64,000 bases of DNA from Gemmatimonadota bacterium (GTDB lineage Bacteria; Latescibacterota; UBA2968; UBA8231), in contig PATE01000063.1 in NCBI GenBank assembly GCA_002712305.1, positions 54,984 to 118,983 of the forward strand, in the 5' to 3' direction. The notes below the pieces were generated by a model that made no database searches, was not told where the DNA came from, and saw nothing but the letters and a program-made list of their open reading frames with translations. A program made the translations under genes and the position numbers. Below are positions 27,990 to 38,068 of this stretch, piece after piece. Positions within the stretch are counted from its first letter, which is position 1; every line of letters begins with the position of its first letter.

Positions 27990-29012
27990 TCACGCAACGC
28001 AGAGGAAATCGTCACCTTCGTGCCAACCCCACTGGTCCAACTGCTGCCGGATCAGTTCTCGTGCGCCGCGAGAGCCGACGGCCGCCAACAGAATCGGATG
28101 GGAGAGCTGAGACCACCGAGCTGGCAGATCCTGGACGCCGATGATCTCCACGTTGCGCATTGTCCGGCCGATCTTGTCCTGTGCGATGTCGACGAACAGG
28201 TCGGGACGGTGACCGCCTCGAATCAGATGTTTCGACAGACGTCGCCCCGTCTTTCCCGCACCCCATACCACGACCGAACCACGTTCCACCAGTGGGCCCG
28301 AACACAAATAGTGGGCCTTGGCGCGCAGGAAGTTCTCCACTGAGTAGCGGCTGTCGGTGCGTGTGGCGCGTGATTCATGTTCGCGCCAGTCGAGCAGGAC
28401 TTCGGGGACCTTGGCGAAGTGGCGGCCGGCTGCGTGATAACGAAGCCACAGATCGTAATCTTCGGGCCAGCCGCGTTCCTGATACCCCCCCATCTCAACC
28501 AGTTCCTGACGCCGCATCATAGCCGACGGATGAGCGATGGGGCTTTCGATGAAGATCTCGCGGACGATCTGCTCGTGTTTGATCAACTGGTTCTGCCACT
28601 GCTCGTAGATTCTGAATCCTTCGGCCACGTCCTGTGCTGGGAAAGAGCGTACGAGGGTCCCCACGACGCCGATGCGATCGTTTTCAGCGGCCAGGGCAAC
28701 CTGCTTCTCAAGCCGCGTCGGATGGCATCGGTCATCGGCATCCATCCTTGCGACGTAGCACCCCCGACAGGCCTTCAGGCCTTCGTTGAGTGCCGGCAGC
28801 AAACCCGCATGTGGTCGTCGCACGACACGCAGTCGAGCGTCGTTTCGGCCAGCGAGGAGCGATGCGGTATCGTCTGTCGATCCATCATCTACCACGACGA
28901 TCTCAAAATCCTCCAGAGACTGACTTGCCAGACTGTCCAGCGCTTCCTCGATGGTCGTCGCACCATTGTAGACGGGCAACAGAACGGAGACGAGAGGGGT
29001 GGTCACAGGCAC
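27990..29012 (-). CDS. family-2 glycosyltransferase fused to a C-terminal NeuD/PglD-type Rossmann-like domain
   Basis: GT2 N-half (VSVLLPVYN...VVVDDGSTD...MDADD). C-terminal ~130 aa VVVWGAGKTGRRL...IIGVQDLP...ILLAAVGSRGAREL. Start taken at the GTG at 29012, since the ATG at 29081 would leave only 17 bp to the divergent map gene. Confidence 0.7.
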   Translation of the reverse strand: MPVTTPLVSVLLPVYNGATTIEEALDSLASQSLEDFEIVVVDDGSTDDTASLLAGRNDARLRVVRRPHAGLLPALNEGLKACRGCYVARMDADDRCHPTRLEKQVALAAENDRIGVVGTLVRSFPAQDVAEGFRIYEQWQNQLIKHEQIVREIFIESPIAHPSAMMRRQELVEMGGYQERGWPEDYDLWLRYHAAGRHFAKVPEVLLDWREHESRATRTDSRYSVENFLRAKAHYLCSGPLVERGSVVVWGAGKTGRRLSKHLIRGGHRPDLFVDIAQDKIGRTMRNVEIIGVQDLPARWSQLSHPILLAAVGSRGARELIRQQLDQWGWHEGDDFLCVA

Positions 29013-29098
29013 ATCCAGGGCAAGATCTTGACAGGCCTTCCTGCGGCAGTGATACTGCGAGCCTCCGAAAAATGTCGCCACCGAACCGGATCCAACCG

Positions 29099-29857
29099 AT
29101 GCATCTGAAGTCCTCCGACGAAATCGAAAAGATTCGCGCCAGTTGTCGTATCGCCGCTGATGCCATGGCCCGTGTTGCTGACCTTGTCACCCCGGGTGTG
29201 ACCACGGCTCACCTGGACGAAGTGGCAGACGAGTATATCCGACAGCAGGGGGCCGTGGCCAGTGCACTCAATTATCGGGGATACCCGCGCAGCATCTGTG
29301 CCTCGATCAACGAGGAGGTCGTCCATGGTATCCCAGGGTCAAGGCAACTGGTGGAAGGGGATATCATCTCCGTCGACATCGCCGTGAAGAAGGACGGCTA
29401 CCACGGAGACATGAATGTCTCTTTTGCCGTGGGGGAGATCGACATGGAGACGAGACGGCTGCTCGAGACCACCAAACAGGCACTGGAGATTGGTCTGGCG
29501 GCCAGCGAACCGGGGACGCGGCTTGGTGACGTGGGACATCGGATACAGACACATGTCGAGACAGCTGGATTCTCTGTCGTGCGCGACTACTGCGGCCATG
29601 GCATCGGACGAAACTTTCACGAAGAGCCTCAGTTGCTGCACTTCGGCACTGCGGGAACGGGACGCCGCCTGCAACCAGGAGTCGTGTTCACGGTAGAACC
29701 GATGGTAAATGCCGGGGTGGCCGATGTCCGCGTCCTCGACGATGAATGGACCGCTGTCACGGTGGATGGTGCCCTCTCGGCGCAATTCGAGCACACCGTC
29801 GCCGTCACCGACGCGGGTCCCGACGTTCTGTCCCGCTTCGCAGATCTGCCCTTTTAG
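29099..29857 (+). CDS. map: type I methionine aminopeptidase
   Basis: Trimmed to the ATG at 29099 (MHLKSSDEIEKIRASCRIAAD). Metal ligands DIAVKKDGYHGD, HGIGRNFHEEP, EPM, EHTV. Confidence 0.9.
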   Translation: MHLKSSDEIEKIRASCRIAADAMARVADLVTPGVTTAHLDEVADEYIRQQGAVASALNYRGYPRSICASINEEVVHGIPGSRQLVEGDIISVDIAVKKDGYHGDMNVSFAVGEIDMETRRLLETTKQALEIGLAASEPGTRLGDVGHRIQTHVETAGFSVVRDYCGHGIGRNFHEEPQLLHFGTAGTGRRLQPGVVFTVEPMVNAGVADVRVLDDEWTAVTVDGALSAQFEHTVAVTDAGPDVLSRFADLPF

Positions 29858-29967
29858 GTGAATGGTCATAGGTGTGAGCAGCGTCGTGCGTTGCGATTGT
29901 CGCTTGGTGACCTATATTCCTGAGCCTGAATCATTTACCAACTTGGAACCGCAAGAGAGACCATACT

Positions 29968-30246
29968 ATGGCCAAGTCTAAGGACGAAGACGGCGAAGAA
30001 TCGACTGATTTCGGGTTTCATCCCGAATCTCAGCAAGAGCTTGAACTGGAAGACACGTGCTGTGTCACCGGTGAAGCCATTACGTCGAGCTTCTGCCGGT
30101 TTCCCGACTATCGCAGTGGAACGATGATGGTGATGGCGAAGACCGTTGCCCTCGAGCAACTGCGCAAAGGGATCTCATTGGCGACGTTCAAAGAGATCCT
30201 CGTCAAGCGTCACGGCAAACGGATTCTGGCAGAATACGCGAGCTGA
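29968..30246 (+). CDS. small hypothetical protein (92 aa) with CC-x8-C cysteine cluster
   Basis: ATG with agagag SD-like sequence upstream; strong rho-independent terminator directly downstream (30309..30345). Codon usage resembles neighbouring genes. No family recognised. Confidence 0.4.
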   Translation: MAKSKDEDGEESTDFGFHPESQQELELEDTCCVTGEAITSSFCRFPDYRSGTMMVMAKTVALEQLRKGISLATFKEILVKRHGKRILAEYAS

Positions 30247-30308
30247 TTCGCCTGCCGGTCCTTAGCCGGCCACAGACACAGCGGCCGACACACGGCGAGC
30301 ACAAGAAA

Positions 30309-30345
30309 GGGGCACTCCCATCAGAGGGGTGCCCCTTGTTTCGTT
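30309..30345. terminator. bidirectional rho-independent terminator (AAGGGGCAC-loop-GTGCCCCTT followed by TTGTTTCGTT)
   Basis: 9-bp GC-rich stem, 12-nt loop, T-runs on both strands; sits between the convergent small ORF (+) and tlpA-like gene (-). Confidence 0.65.
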
Positions 30346-30381
30346 GGTGCCTACCGATAGATCGCCGGGCCGCTGACTGAC

Positions 30382-30966
30382 CTAGCCGTCGAGCAATCGC
30401 TGGATGTCCTCGCTGAGAATACCATGCGGGTCCGGCCGACCATCGCGAAAAGGCACGCCCAGTTGTCGTTTGTGGACCCGGCCCTGTTGATCAAGGATCA
30501 GGGTCGCGGGGATTCCGATATTGATGAAGGGTGCCATCTCGTTGTAGTGGAGGGTGACTTCGGTCGTCTCGTCGTAGTAGATGGGGTAGTTGATGTCGCT
30601 CTGCCCGATGTAGGTGGCCAGTCGCTGGCGAACCTGATCCGGTGCGCCATACTCTGCCGTGGAGATACCGACGATAGTGACATCTTCTGTGGAGAAATCC
30701 CTCCGCAACTGAGCAAGGGCCGGAATCTCCCGTCGACAAGGTACACACCACGTCGCCCAGAAGTTGACGAGCACGACCTTCCCTGCATGATCGCCGAGAG
30801 CAAACTGCTTTGCATCGGGAACCGGAATCTGCGGCGCCTGTGAAGCCAGATCGGTGTTGCTCGCCCCCTCGCTGTCACCACACCCGACAGTGACGAAACT
30901 CACCAGGAGCAGGGCCTTGACCAACATGGCCTGCAGACGTTCGATACGCAGAAGGGGAATCATCAT
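30382..30966 (-). CDS. TlpA/ResA-like thiol:disulfide oxidoreductase (thioredoxin fold) lipoprotein
   Basis: Trimmed to the ATG at 30966. Signal/lipobox LLVSFVTVGC; WATWCVPCRRE active site. Confidence 0.85.
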   Translation of the reverse strand: MMIPLLRIERLQAMLVKALLLVSFVTVGCGDSEGASNTDLASQAPQIPVPDAKQFALGDHAGKVVLVNFWATWCVPCRREIPALAQLRRDFSTEDVTIVGISTAEYGAPDQVRQRLATYIGQSDINYPIYYDETTEVTLHYNEMAPFINIGIPATLILDQQGRVHKRQLGVPFRDGRPDPHGILSEDIQRLLDG

Positions 30967-31083
30967 GCGAGGAATATACGGTTCGGTCGCCACTTGTCAG
31001 CCGCTCCATCTACCGTCGTACGGGCGCACCAAGGACCTACTGTGGCTCAACGGCGTTGTGGGTCTGACCGGTGTACGTTTGTC

Positions 31084-34000
31084 CTATGCCTGCGCCAGCC
31101 TCGCGTGAGGGGGCACGGCCGTCAGCCATGTCTCCGGGGAGCCTTCAAGAGCATCCACACTCGAGAGCAGTTCGTCACATGGATTGACGCGGATACTACG
31201 CGAGCGAATGAGTGTTTCCCGCTCCAATTCATCGGCGCCCTTCAGGTGGATGACCAAATCGCAGCGACCCGTGAATTGTTGGCAGACCGTCCGAAGATCG
31301 GCCAGCAACTCCTCACACAGATGGTTGGCCGGTAGCGCCACATTGACGGCCCGCGTAAGACGTTCACGCGCCTCTTCCAGGCCGATGGCCGCATCGGCGA
31401 GGATGCTCATCATTCCTTTGCGTTCGTTCAGCCGCCCTTCAATCAGAATCACTCGATCGTTGACGAGGAGTTCACGGCTGGCGGCGAAGGCATCGGCGAA
31501 GAACACGATGTCGGCAGAGCCACGCAGGTCTTCGAGTGTAACAAAAGCGATCGGATTGCCTCGGCGGTCATTGGAGGTGCTGATCCGAGTGACGAGCCCT
31601 CCTACTCGAATCGCTTCACCATCGTTTCCCGTCAGTGCTTCTGACAGCGGCGTCGCGAACATGCGCAGGTCGCGTTCGAAGCGACTCAACGGATGTGAGG
31701 TCACGTAGAATCCGAGCAGGTCTTTCTCGTGTGCCAACTGCTCGGTCTCTGTCCAGGGCTCGATGTCAGGCAGATTCAACTGCTGATCAAGTTCCGGCGC
31801 TGACGAATCACCACCGAAGAGGCTGAATTGTCCTCGGCCTCTCTCCTCCTGCACGGTCTGAGCATTGCGCAGGGCCATGTCGAGGGTTTCCAACATCTGC
31901 GCGCGATGACCACCGATCTGATCGAGACCGCCTGCGGCGGTCAACGACTCGACGACACGTCGGTTCACAGCACGCAGGTCTAGTCGCTCGCAGAAGCTGA
32001 ACAGATTCTCGTAGGGACCATCCTGAACGCGGCCATCCACGATCGATTGCGCCGCACCCTGTCCAACATTCTTGATCGCGGCCAGGCCAAAGCGGATTCC
32101 ATCCGGTGTGGGTGTGAAGTTGGGCGCACTCTCATTGACGTCCGGGGGCAGGACGGGAATCTCCATGCGCCGACACTCATCGAGAAGCACCGTGACCTTG
32201 TCCGTATCACCGATGGAGGTGGTCATACTTGCCGCCATGTATTCGCCGGGCCAATTCGCCTTGAGATAAGCGTTCTTGTAGGCCAATTCAGCATAGGGTG
32301 CCGCATGGCACTTGTTGAAGCCGTAGCCCGAGAACACATCGATTTCCGCAAAGAGTTGCTCGGCGATGCTCTTGTCCACATCCCGCTCGAGACAACCGTC
32401 GATGAAGGCCTTCTTCTGTTTGGCCATCTCCTCCGGCTTCTTCTTGCCCATGGCTCGTCGCAGAATGTCGGCAGATCCGAGGGTGAATCCGGCCATCTTC
32501 TGCGCGATCTGCAGGACCTGCTCCTGGTAGACGATCACGCCATACGTCTCGTCGAGAATCTCCTCCAGATCCGGATGTAGATACACGACCTCCTGTCGGC
32601 CCTGTTTCCGGGCGACATAGTCAGGGATCTTGTCCATCGGACCAGGTCGATATAGCGCATTCATGGCGATGATGTCGCCAATCTTGTCGGGCTCCAACTG
32701 CGACAGATACTCCCGCATCCCAGCGGATTCAAACTGGAACACACCGACTGTTTCGCCACGACTGAACAGCTCGAATGTGGTCGCGTCGTCCCAGGGGATG
32801 GCTTCGATGTCGAAGTCCGGCTGCTGCAGACGGATCAGCCGGACTGCTTCGTCCATCAGATTGAGTTCATTGAGACCGAGGAAGTCCATCTTGAGGAAGC
32901 CAAAGTCCTCACACGTAGGGCCATCCCACTGCGTCGTGATCTTGCCATCCTTGGGGGCCCTGTAGAGAGGCATGTAGTCGGACACATCGCTGGGAGCGAT
33001 GATGACTCCGGCCGCGTGGATGGAGGCGTGTCGGGCCAGTCCCTCTAGTTTTCGCGCATGTGTCAGCAGCTGGTGTTGCTGGGTGTCACCCTTTCCCTCG
33101 GCCATCTGTTTGAGTTCGGGGGTCTTCTCGATGGCTTTGTCGAGGGTGATCTTCAACTCGTTGGGAACCAGTTTGGCGATGGCATCCACGTCACCGAAAC
33201 CCATACCCAGTACTCGACCCACATCACGAATCACCGCCTTGGCACCCATCGTGCCGAACGTAATGATCTGACAGACATTGCTTTCGCCATACTTGTCGAC
33301 CACATACTGCACGAGCTTCTCGCGGTCGGCGAAGTCGATGTCAAAGTCGGGGGGACTCACACGTTCGGGATTCAGAAAGCGCTCAAACAGCAGCGAGTGT
33401 TTGATCGGATCCGTATTGGTGATACCCAGACTGTAGGCGACCAGAGATCCGGCGCCTGACCCGCGACCGGGCCCGACGGTCATGCCGATGCTGTGAGCGT
33501 AGTGGACGTAGTCCCAGACGATGAGGAAGTAGTCGACAAATCCCATCTGCTGGATCACACCCAACTCGTAGTCCACGCGGTTGATCAGCGCATCGTCCGT
33601 GCGATCATACCGTCGCTTGAGGCCCACATGTGCCAGATGGGTCAGGTAGGCGAAGGCGTGTTCGAATTGCTCGGGGATACTGAATTCGGGAAGGATCAGG
33701 TTGCCGAATTCAAGTTCCACATCACACTTGTCAGCGATGGCGACGGTGCTTTCGATCGCCTGGGGCAGGTCGGCGAACAGTTTTTGCATTTCGGCGGGGC
33801 TCTTCATGTAGAGTCCCGTCGGGTAGCACATGCGCTGGGTCTCTGCGAGCATCTTCCCCGTCTGAATGCACACGAGCGCATCGTGAGCTGCATGATCGTC
33901 TGCATGCAGGAAGTGGAAGTCGTTGGTTGCCACCAGCGGCACACCGAGCCGATCGTGCAACTTGAGCAATCCGTCGTTGACCTTGGCCTCAATGTCGATA

Positions 34001-34545
34001 CCGTGCCGCTGAATCTCGAGGTAGTAGTCGTCACCGAAGATGTCCATGAACTCGCGCGCCGCCGCTTCGGCGCTATCGAGGCCCTCTTCCTGAATCAGGT
34101 GCGCCACCTCCCCGCTCACGCAGGCGGACAGGCATACGAGACCCTCCGAATACTTCCGCAACAGCTCTTTGTCGATGCGCGGGTTGTAGTAGAACCCTTC
34201 GGTGTAGCCCTTCGACACGAGCTTGATCAGATTTTTCCAACCCGTGTGGTTCTTGGCCAGTAAGACCAGGTGGTTGGAGCCATGGGTCAGCCCTCGGGCC
34301 CCCTTACGCTCATGTCGGCTGCCGATGGAGACATAGGTCTCACAACCCAGAATCGGTTTCACACCGGCATCGCGGCACGACCGATAGTGAGAGATGGCAC
34401 CAAAGAGATTGCCGTGATCGGTCACTGCCAGTGCGGACATACCTTGCTCAGCTGCAGCCGGGGCCATGGCCTTGACATGACAGCCACCGTCCAGCAACGA
34501 GTATTCACTGTGACCGTGCAGATGTACGAATTCAGGTGATGCCAT
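31084..34545 (-). CDS. dnaE: DNA polymerase III alpha subunit
   Basis: 1153 aa; PHP domain HLHGHSEYSLLDG; polymerase core; OB fold. Confidence 0.95.
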   Translation of the reverse strand: MASPEFVHLHGHSEYSLLDGGCHVKAMAPAAAEQGMSALAVTDHGNLFGAISHYRSCRDAGVKPILGCETYVSIGSRHERKGARGLTHGSNHLVLLAKNHTGWKNLIKLVSKGYTEGFYYNPRIDKELLRKYSEGLVCLSACVSGEVAHLIQEEGLDSAEAAAREFMDIFGDDYYLEIQRHGIDIEAKVNDGLLKLHDRLGVPLVATNDFHFLHADDHAAHDALVCIQTGKMLAETQRMCYPTGLYMKSPAEMQKLFADLPQAIESTVAIADKCDVELEFGNLILPEFSIPEQFEHAFAYLTHLAHVGLKRRYDRTDDALINRVDYELGVIQQMGFVDYFLIVWDYVHYAHSIGMTVGPGRGSGAGSLVAYSLGITNTDPIKHSLLFERFLNPERVSPPDFDIDFADREKLVQYVVDKYGESNVCQIITFGTMGAKAVIRDVGRVLGMGFGDVDAIAKLVPNELKITLDKAIEKTPELKQMAEGKGDTQQHQLLTHARKLEGLARHASIHAAGVIIAPSDVSDYMPLYRAPKDGKITTQWDGPTCEDFGFLKMDFLGLNELNLMDEAVRLIRLQQPDFDIEAIPWDDATTFELFSRGETVGVFQFESAGMREYLSQLEPDKIGDIIAMNALYRPGPMDKIPDYVARKQGRQEVVYLHPDLEEILDETYGVIVYQEQVLQIAQKMAGFTLGSADILRRAMGKKKPEEMAKQKKAFIDGCLERDVDKSIAEQLFAEIDVFSGYGFNKCHAAPYAELAYKNAYLKANWPGEYMAASMTTSIGDTDKVTVLLDECRRMEIPVLPPDVNESAPNFTPTPDGIRFGLAAIKNVGQGAAQSIVDGRVQDGPYENLFSFCERLDLRAVNRRVVESLTAAGGLDQIGGHRAQMLETLDMALRNAQTVQEERGRGQFSLFGGDSSAPELDQQLNLPDIEPWTETEQLAHEKDLLGFYVTSHPLSRFERDLRMFATPLSEALTGNDGEAIRVGGLVTRISTSNDRRGNPIAFVTLEDLRGSADIVFFADAFAASRELLVNDRVILIEGRLNERKGMMSILADAAIGLEEARERLTRAVNVALPANHLCEELLADLRTVCQQFTGRCDLVIHLKGADELERETLIRSRSIRVNPCDELLSSVDALEGSPETWLTAVPPHARLAQA

Positions 34546-34979
34546 TAGACAGCCTCAAGATCACCGACGACGCGGTGGGGTAGATGAAGAAATCTGACAT
34601 GCGCGGCCACGCGAGGAAGACCGGAATCTCACGAGCCACACGCGGGAGACCAAGGCCCGGGTGTGGCCATGAAACCCGTCGAGACTCGAATGCCCAGAAC
34701 TCGAGCGCCCAGTTCTGAAATGTTAGTCCTACGGGTCTGGAACCGCAGGCCCGGATCTATGGGGAGAAGTGGTGGGAAATGGGGATCATCCGGTCACCTG
34801 TGGCTAACGTATGACCGCCCGTCAAGAGCGTCAACGGGCATCGGCGGCGTCACATTGTAACTGTATTGCTGCCCCCAGTTGCCCTTGCGCTCACTGGCCC
34901 TGTATCTTCAACAGCTCGCCGTCCTTACCCTCGTCCTCCTGTCGAAATCTGCGCAGTTCGTGATCGAAAACTCACCATC

Positions 34980-36089
34980 GTGAAGGTTCTTCTGGTCGCC
35001 GGGGCACGCCCAAACTTCCCCAAAATTGCCCCGATTGCCGCCGCCCTGCGTCAGGCGGGAGACCCCTTCACACCGCCCGTGGTAGTTCATACCGGGCAAC
35101 ACTACGACTACCAACTCGCGGAGATCTTTTTCGACGAGCTTGAGCTCGGACCGCCGCAATATCACCTGCAAGCGCGCAGCGATGCCGGTCCCGTGCGACA
35201 GATGGCGGACATTATGGACAAGTTCGACCCCGTTCTGGCCGAAGAAGCACCCGACCTCGTGCTGGTCGTGGGAGATGTGTCCAGCACCGTCGCTTGCAGC
35301 CTGGCCGCGGCGACACGACAGATTCCAATTGCCCATGTGGAAGCAGGACTGCGAAGTGGCGATCGCACCATGCCCGAAGAGATCAATCGCGTCGCTGTAG
35401 ACTCCGTGGCCGATATGCTCTTTACGCATTGCGCCGAAGCCGACGATCATCTGCGATCGGAGCACGTTCCTGAACGCTGCATCTTCCGCGTCGGCAATGT
35501 CATGATCGACACCTTGCACCGTTTCCTCCCGAAGGCCAGAGCCAGCAACACCTTGGATCGCTTCGGCGTTCAAGCGGGGCAATACGGCCTGGTCACCCTT
35601 CATCGACCCTCGAATGTGGATGATGCTCCGACCCTCGAGGGCATTCTCGACGCCTTGCTGGAACTCTCCAAACGAATGGAGATCGTCTTCCCCGTTCACC
35701 CGCGCACACGCCAGCGTCTGGACACATTCGGCTTCACCTCCCGATTGGAATCTGCACCGGGCGTACATCTATGCGACCCTGTTGGCTATCTCGACATGCT
35801 GGCCCTGCAGGCCTCGGCGCGACTGGTCCTGATCGATTCCGGTGGTATTCAGGAGGAGACGACGGCTCTCGGGGTGGCCTGCATGACATTGAGACCCAAC
35901 ACCGAGCGGCGGGTCACCATCGATGAGGGCACAAACACCCTTGTTGGCCCATCGCCTGACCAGATCGTGGCCGTTGCGACGCAGATTCTCGACGAGGGTG
36001 GAAAGGCGGGGCGGATTCCAGATCTGTGGGATGGTCACGCCAGCGATCGACTCGTCGACATTCTGCGCGAGGGGATCATTCGTCGGTGA
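34980..36089 (+). CDS. wecB: UDP-N-acetylglucosamine 2-epimerase (non-hydrolysing)
   Basis: VKVLLVAGARPNFPKIAPI N-terminus, HTGQHYD, HVEAGLRS, DSGGIQEE. Start uncertain: GTG at 34980 chosen by homology, whereas the ORF track begins at a TTG at 34866. Confidence 0.8.
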   Translation: MKVLLVAGARPNFPKIAPIAAALRQAGDPFTPPVVVHTGQHYDYQLAEIFFDELELGPPQYHLQARSDAGPVRQMADIMDKFDPVLAEEAPDLVLVVGDVSSTVACSLAAATRQIPIAHVEAGLRSGDRTMPEEINRVAVDSVADMLFTHCAEADDHLRSEHVPERCIFRVGNVMIDTLHRFLPKARASNTLDRFGVQAGQYGLVTLHRPSNVDDAPTLEGILDALLELSKRMEIVFPVHPRTRQRLDTFGFTSRLESAPGVHLCDPVGYLDMLALQASARLVLIDSGGIQEETTALGVACMTLRPNTERRVTIDEGTNTLVGPSPDQIVAVATQILDEGGKAGRIPDLWDGHASDRLVDILREGIIRR

Positions 36090-36139
36090 TGGTCAGCCAA
36101 GTGTTTCACACATCCACTCTTCAACGATAGGGGACTGCC

Positions 36140-37099
36140 GTGCGCATTCTTGTCACTGGCGGTGCCGGCTTCATTGGGTCCCATCTGACGGACCGTTTTC
36201 TGGATGAAGGTCACGATGTGATCTGTATGGACAATTTGTTGACCGGACGGGCAGACAACATCGCCGCCCACATCGGCCACCCGCGATTCAGATTCATCAA
36301 CTACGACGTCACCGAATACATCCACATCGAAGGCTCTCTCGATTACATCCTGCACTTCGCCAGTCCGGCAAGTCCCGCCGACTTCGAGCGTCTCGGAATC
36401 CGAATTCTGAAGGTCGGCGCCCTTGGCACCCACAAGACACTGGGTTTGGCTCGCGCGAAGGGGGCCAAGTTTCTGCTCGCCTCGACGTCAGAGACCTATG
36501 GCGATCCGAAAGTACACCCGCAGAACGAGGATTATTGGGGGAATGTGAATCCGATCGGTATCCGTGGTGTTTATGACGAAGCGAAGCGCTTCGCCGAATC
36601 GATGACGATGGCCTACAACCGACTTCACGACATCGATACGCGAATCGTCAGGATTTTCAACACCTACGGGCCACGCATGCGCCGTGACGACGGACGAGCC
36701 ATTCCGAATTTCATCACCCAGGCCATGGCTGGAGAAGATGTCACCGTTTATGGAGACGGCAGCCAGACGCGCAGCATCGGCTTTGTCAGCGATCTGGTCG
36801 AGGGGATTCGTCGTCTGATGGATTCTTCCGTCAATACCCCCGTCAACATCGGGAACCCAACAGAGCTGACGATGAAGCAACTCGCCGAAACGATCATCAG
36901 CTACACAGAGTCCTCGAGTCGAATCGTGCACAAGGAACTACCCGAAGATGATCCCAAGGTGCGTCTTCCAGACATTACCAAGGCGAGACGTGAACTCGGC
37001 TGGGAGCCCGTTGTGGCGCCCGAGGACGGATTGCGCCGCACGATCGACTGGTTTCGTGAAGAGGTCGCGCGTGAAGGCCAGCAGGGCACGTCAGGATGA
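36140..37099 (+). CDS. uxs: UDP-glucuronate decarboxylase (UDP-xylose synthase), SDR family
   Basis: [25 protein letters not shown] (YxxxK), high similarity to the UXS pattern ([14 protein letters not shown]). Confidence 0.85.
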   Translation: MRILVTGGAGFIGSHLTDRFLDEGHDVICMDNLLTGRADNIAAHIGHPRFRFINYDVTEYIHIEGSLDYILHFASPASPADFERLGIRILKVGALGTHKTLGLARAKGAKFLLASTSETYGDPKVHPQNEDYWGNVNPIGIRGVYDEAKRFAESMTMAYNRLHDIDTRIVRIFNTYGPRMRRDDGRAIPNFITQAMAGEDVTVYGDGSQTRSIGFVSDLVEGIRRLMDSSVNTPVNIGNPTELTMKQLAETIISYTESSSRIVHKELPEDDPKVRLPDITKARRELGWEPVVAPEDGLRRTIDWFREEVAREGQQGTSG

Positions 37100-37980
37100 C
37101 TCTCATCGTGAGAGAGAGTCCGCTTGGCGTGGACGTGATGGACGCCGATCGCCCACTGGCGCTGTACAGAGTGCGAGACCAGGTGTCGCGATGGGAGTCT
37201 CCGAAACCATCCTTCGCCCCGATTTTCTTCGGCGATGGGCGACAACTCACCGAGCACCGGCCCTGGGATCACCTGTGGCACACGGGGTTGTTCTTCGGAT
37301 GGGTTCACGCGAACGACTCAAATCTCTGGGGTGGAGCTTGGTACACACCCGAGACGGGCAAATACGAACGAGTCGAAACGCACGGTATTCAGCGTCACGA
37401 TCAGTTCAATGAACTGGGATCGACCGATGCGGGGGGTGTGCGAATCGATCATCATCTCAGTTGGCTGGATGCAGAAGATCACACATTTGCCACGGAGCAG
37501 AGAGTGTGGGACATCGAGCCTTTCGATGGTGGGACACGCTGGTGCGTGGATACGACCATCCAACCTGTCGGTAGACCATTAACCCTTGGAGCGACCCGGG
37601 CAGAAGCTCGCTACAGCGGACTGGTGTTGCGCATGGGCCCCACCTTTGGTCATCCAGAAAGTCCCGCGAGCGAATCACACGCATGGTGCAGCGAGGGTCG
37701 AGAGGGTCACGCGCAGATTATGGGGCAACCTGCCCGCTGGGTTGCGGCCGCGGGCGCATCGGGAGGTATGGTGGCCATGTTCGACCACCCCGCCAATCCT
37801 CGATACCCGTCGACCTGGTTTTGTCGGGCGAACCTGCTCGGTCCTGCCTTGTTGGCCCCCGGTGACCTGGTCACCGATCTGGGCGAGTCACTCCAGCTTC
37901 GATACGCGATGCTCCTCAGTGACGAGTCGCTGGGCACCACGGCCATCGAGGCCGAGTACAGCAAGTTCGCAGCCTCCTGA
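37096..37980 (+). CDS. PmoA-family / DUF6807-like protein
   Basis: Start overlaps the uxs stop (ATGA). [16 protein letters not shown] resembles the HPHHRGLFFGW signature of DUF6807. Confidence 0.55.
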   Translation: MTLIVRESPLGVDVMDADRPLALYRVRDQVSRWESPKPSFAPIFFGDGRQLTEHRPWDHLWHTGLFFGWVHANDSNLWGGAWYTPETGKYERVETHGIQRHDQFNELGSTDAGGVRIDHHLSWLDAEDHTFATEQRVWDIEPFDGGTRWCVDTTIQPVGRPLTLGATRAEARYSGLVLRMGPTFGHPESPASESHAWCSEGREGHAQIMGQPARWVAAAGASGGMVAMFDHPANPRYPSTWFCRANLLGPALLAPGDLVTDLGESLQLRYAMLLSDESLGTTAIEAEYSKFAAS

Positions 37981-38014
37981 ACCTGACCCATCCTGAGATG
38001 ATACAATGCAAAAA

Positions 38015-38068
38015 GGGGGGGGTTGACTCTCAGCAAACGGTGGTTCATTCAAACGGTCATTTGTTTGA
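38015..38068 (+). promoter_or_regulatory. putative promoter/operator of the TetR-OMF-MFP-RND operon: G8 tract, TTGACT -35-like hexamer, direct repeat CAAACGGT x2 and inverted repeat TCAAAC-N8-GTTTGA
   Basis: The 186-bp intergenic has lower GC than the rest of the window. gggggggg 38015..38022 abuts TTGACT 38023..38028; inverted repeat at 38049..38068. Confidence 0.4.

Noticed and set aside
34600-34660. RNase P RNA-like GAGGAAGACCGG string
   Set aside because: Only a partial resemblance to the P4 consensus AGGAAAGUCCGGGCUCC, and no other conserved RNase P elements nearby.
34663-34860. 65-aa ORF in the dnaE/wecB intergenic region
   Set aside because: R/G/S-rich, no SD, overlaps the likely promoter region. 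Treated as non-coding.
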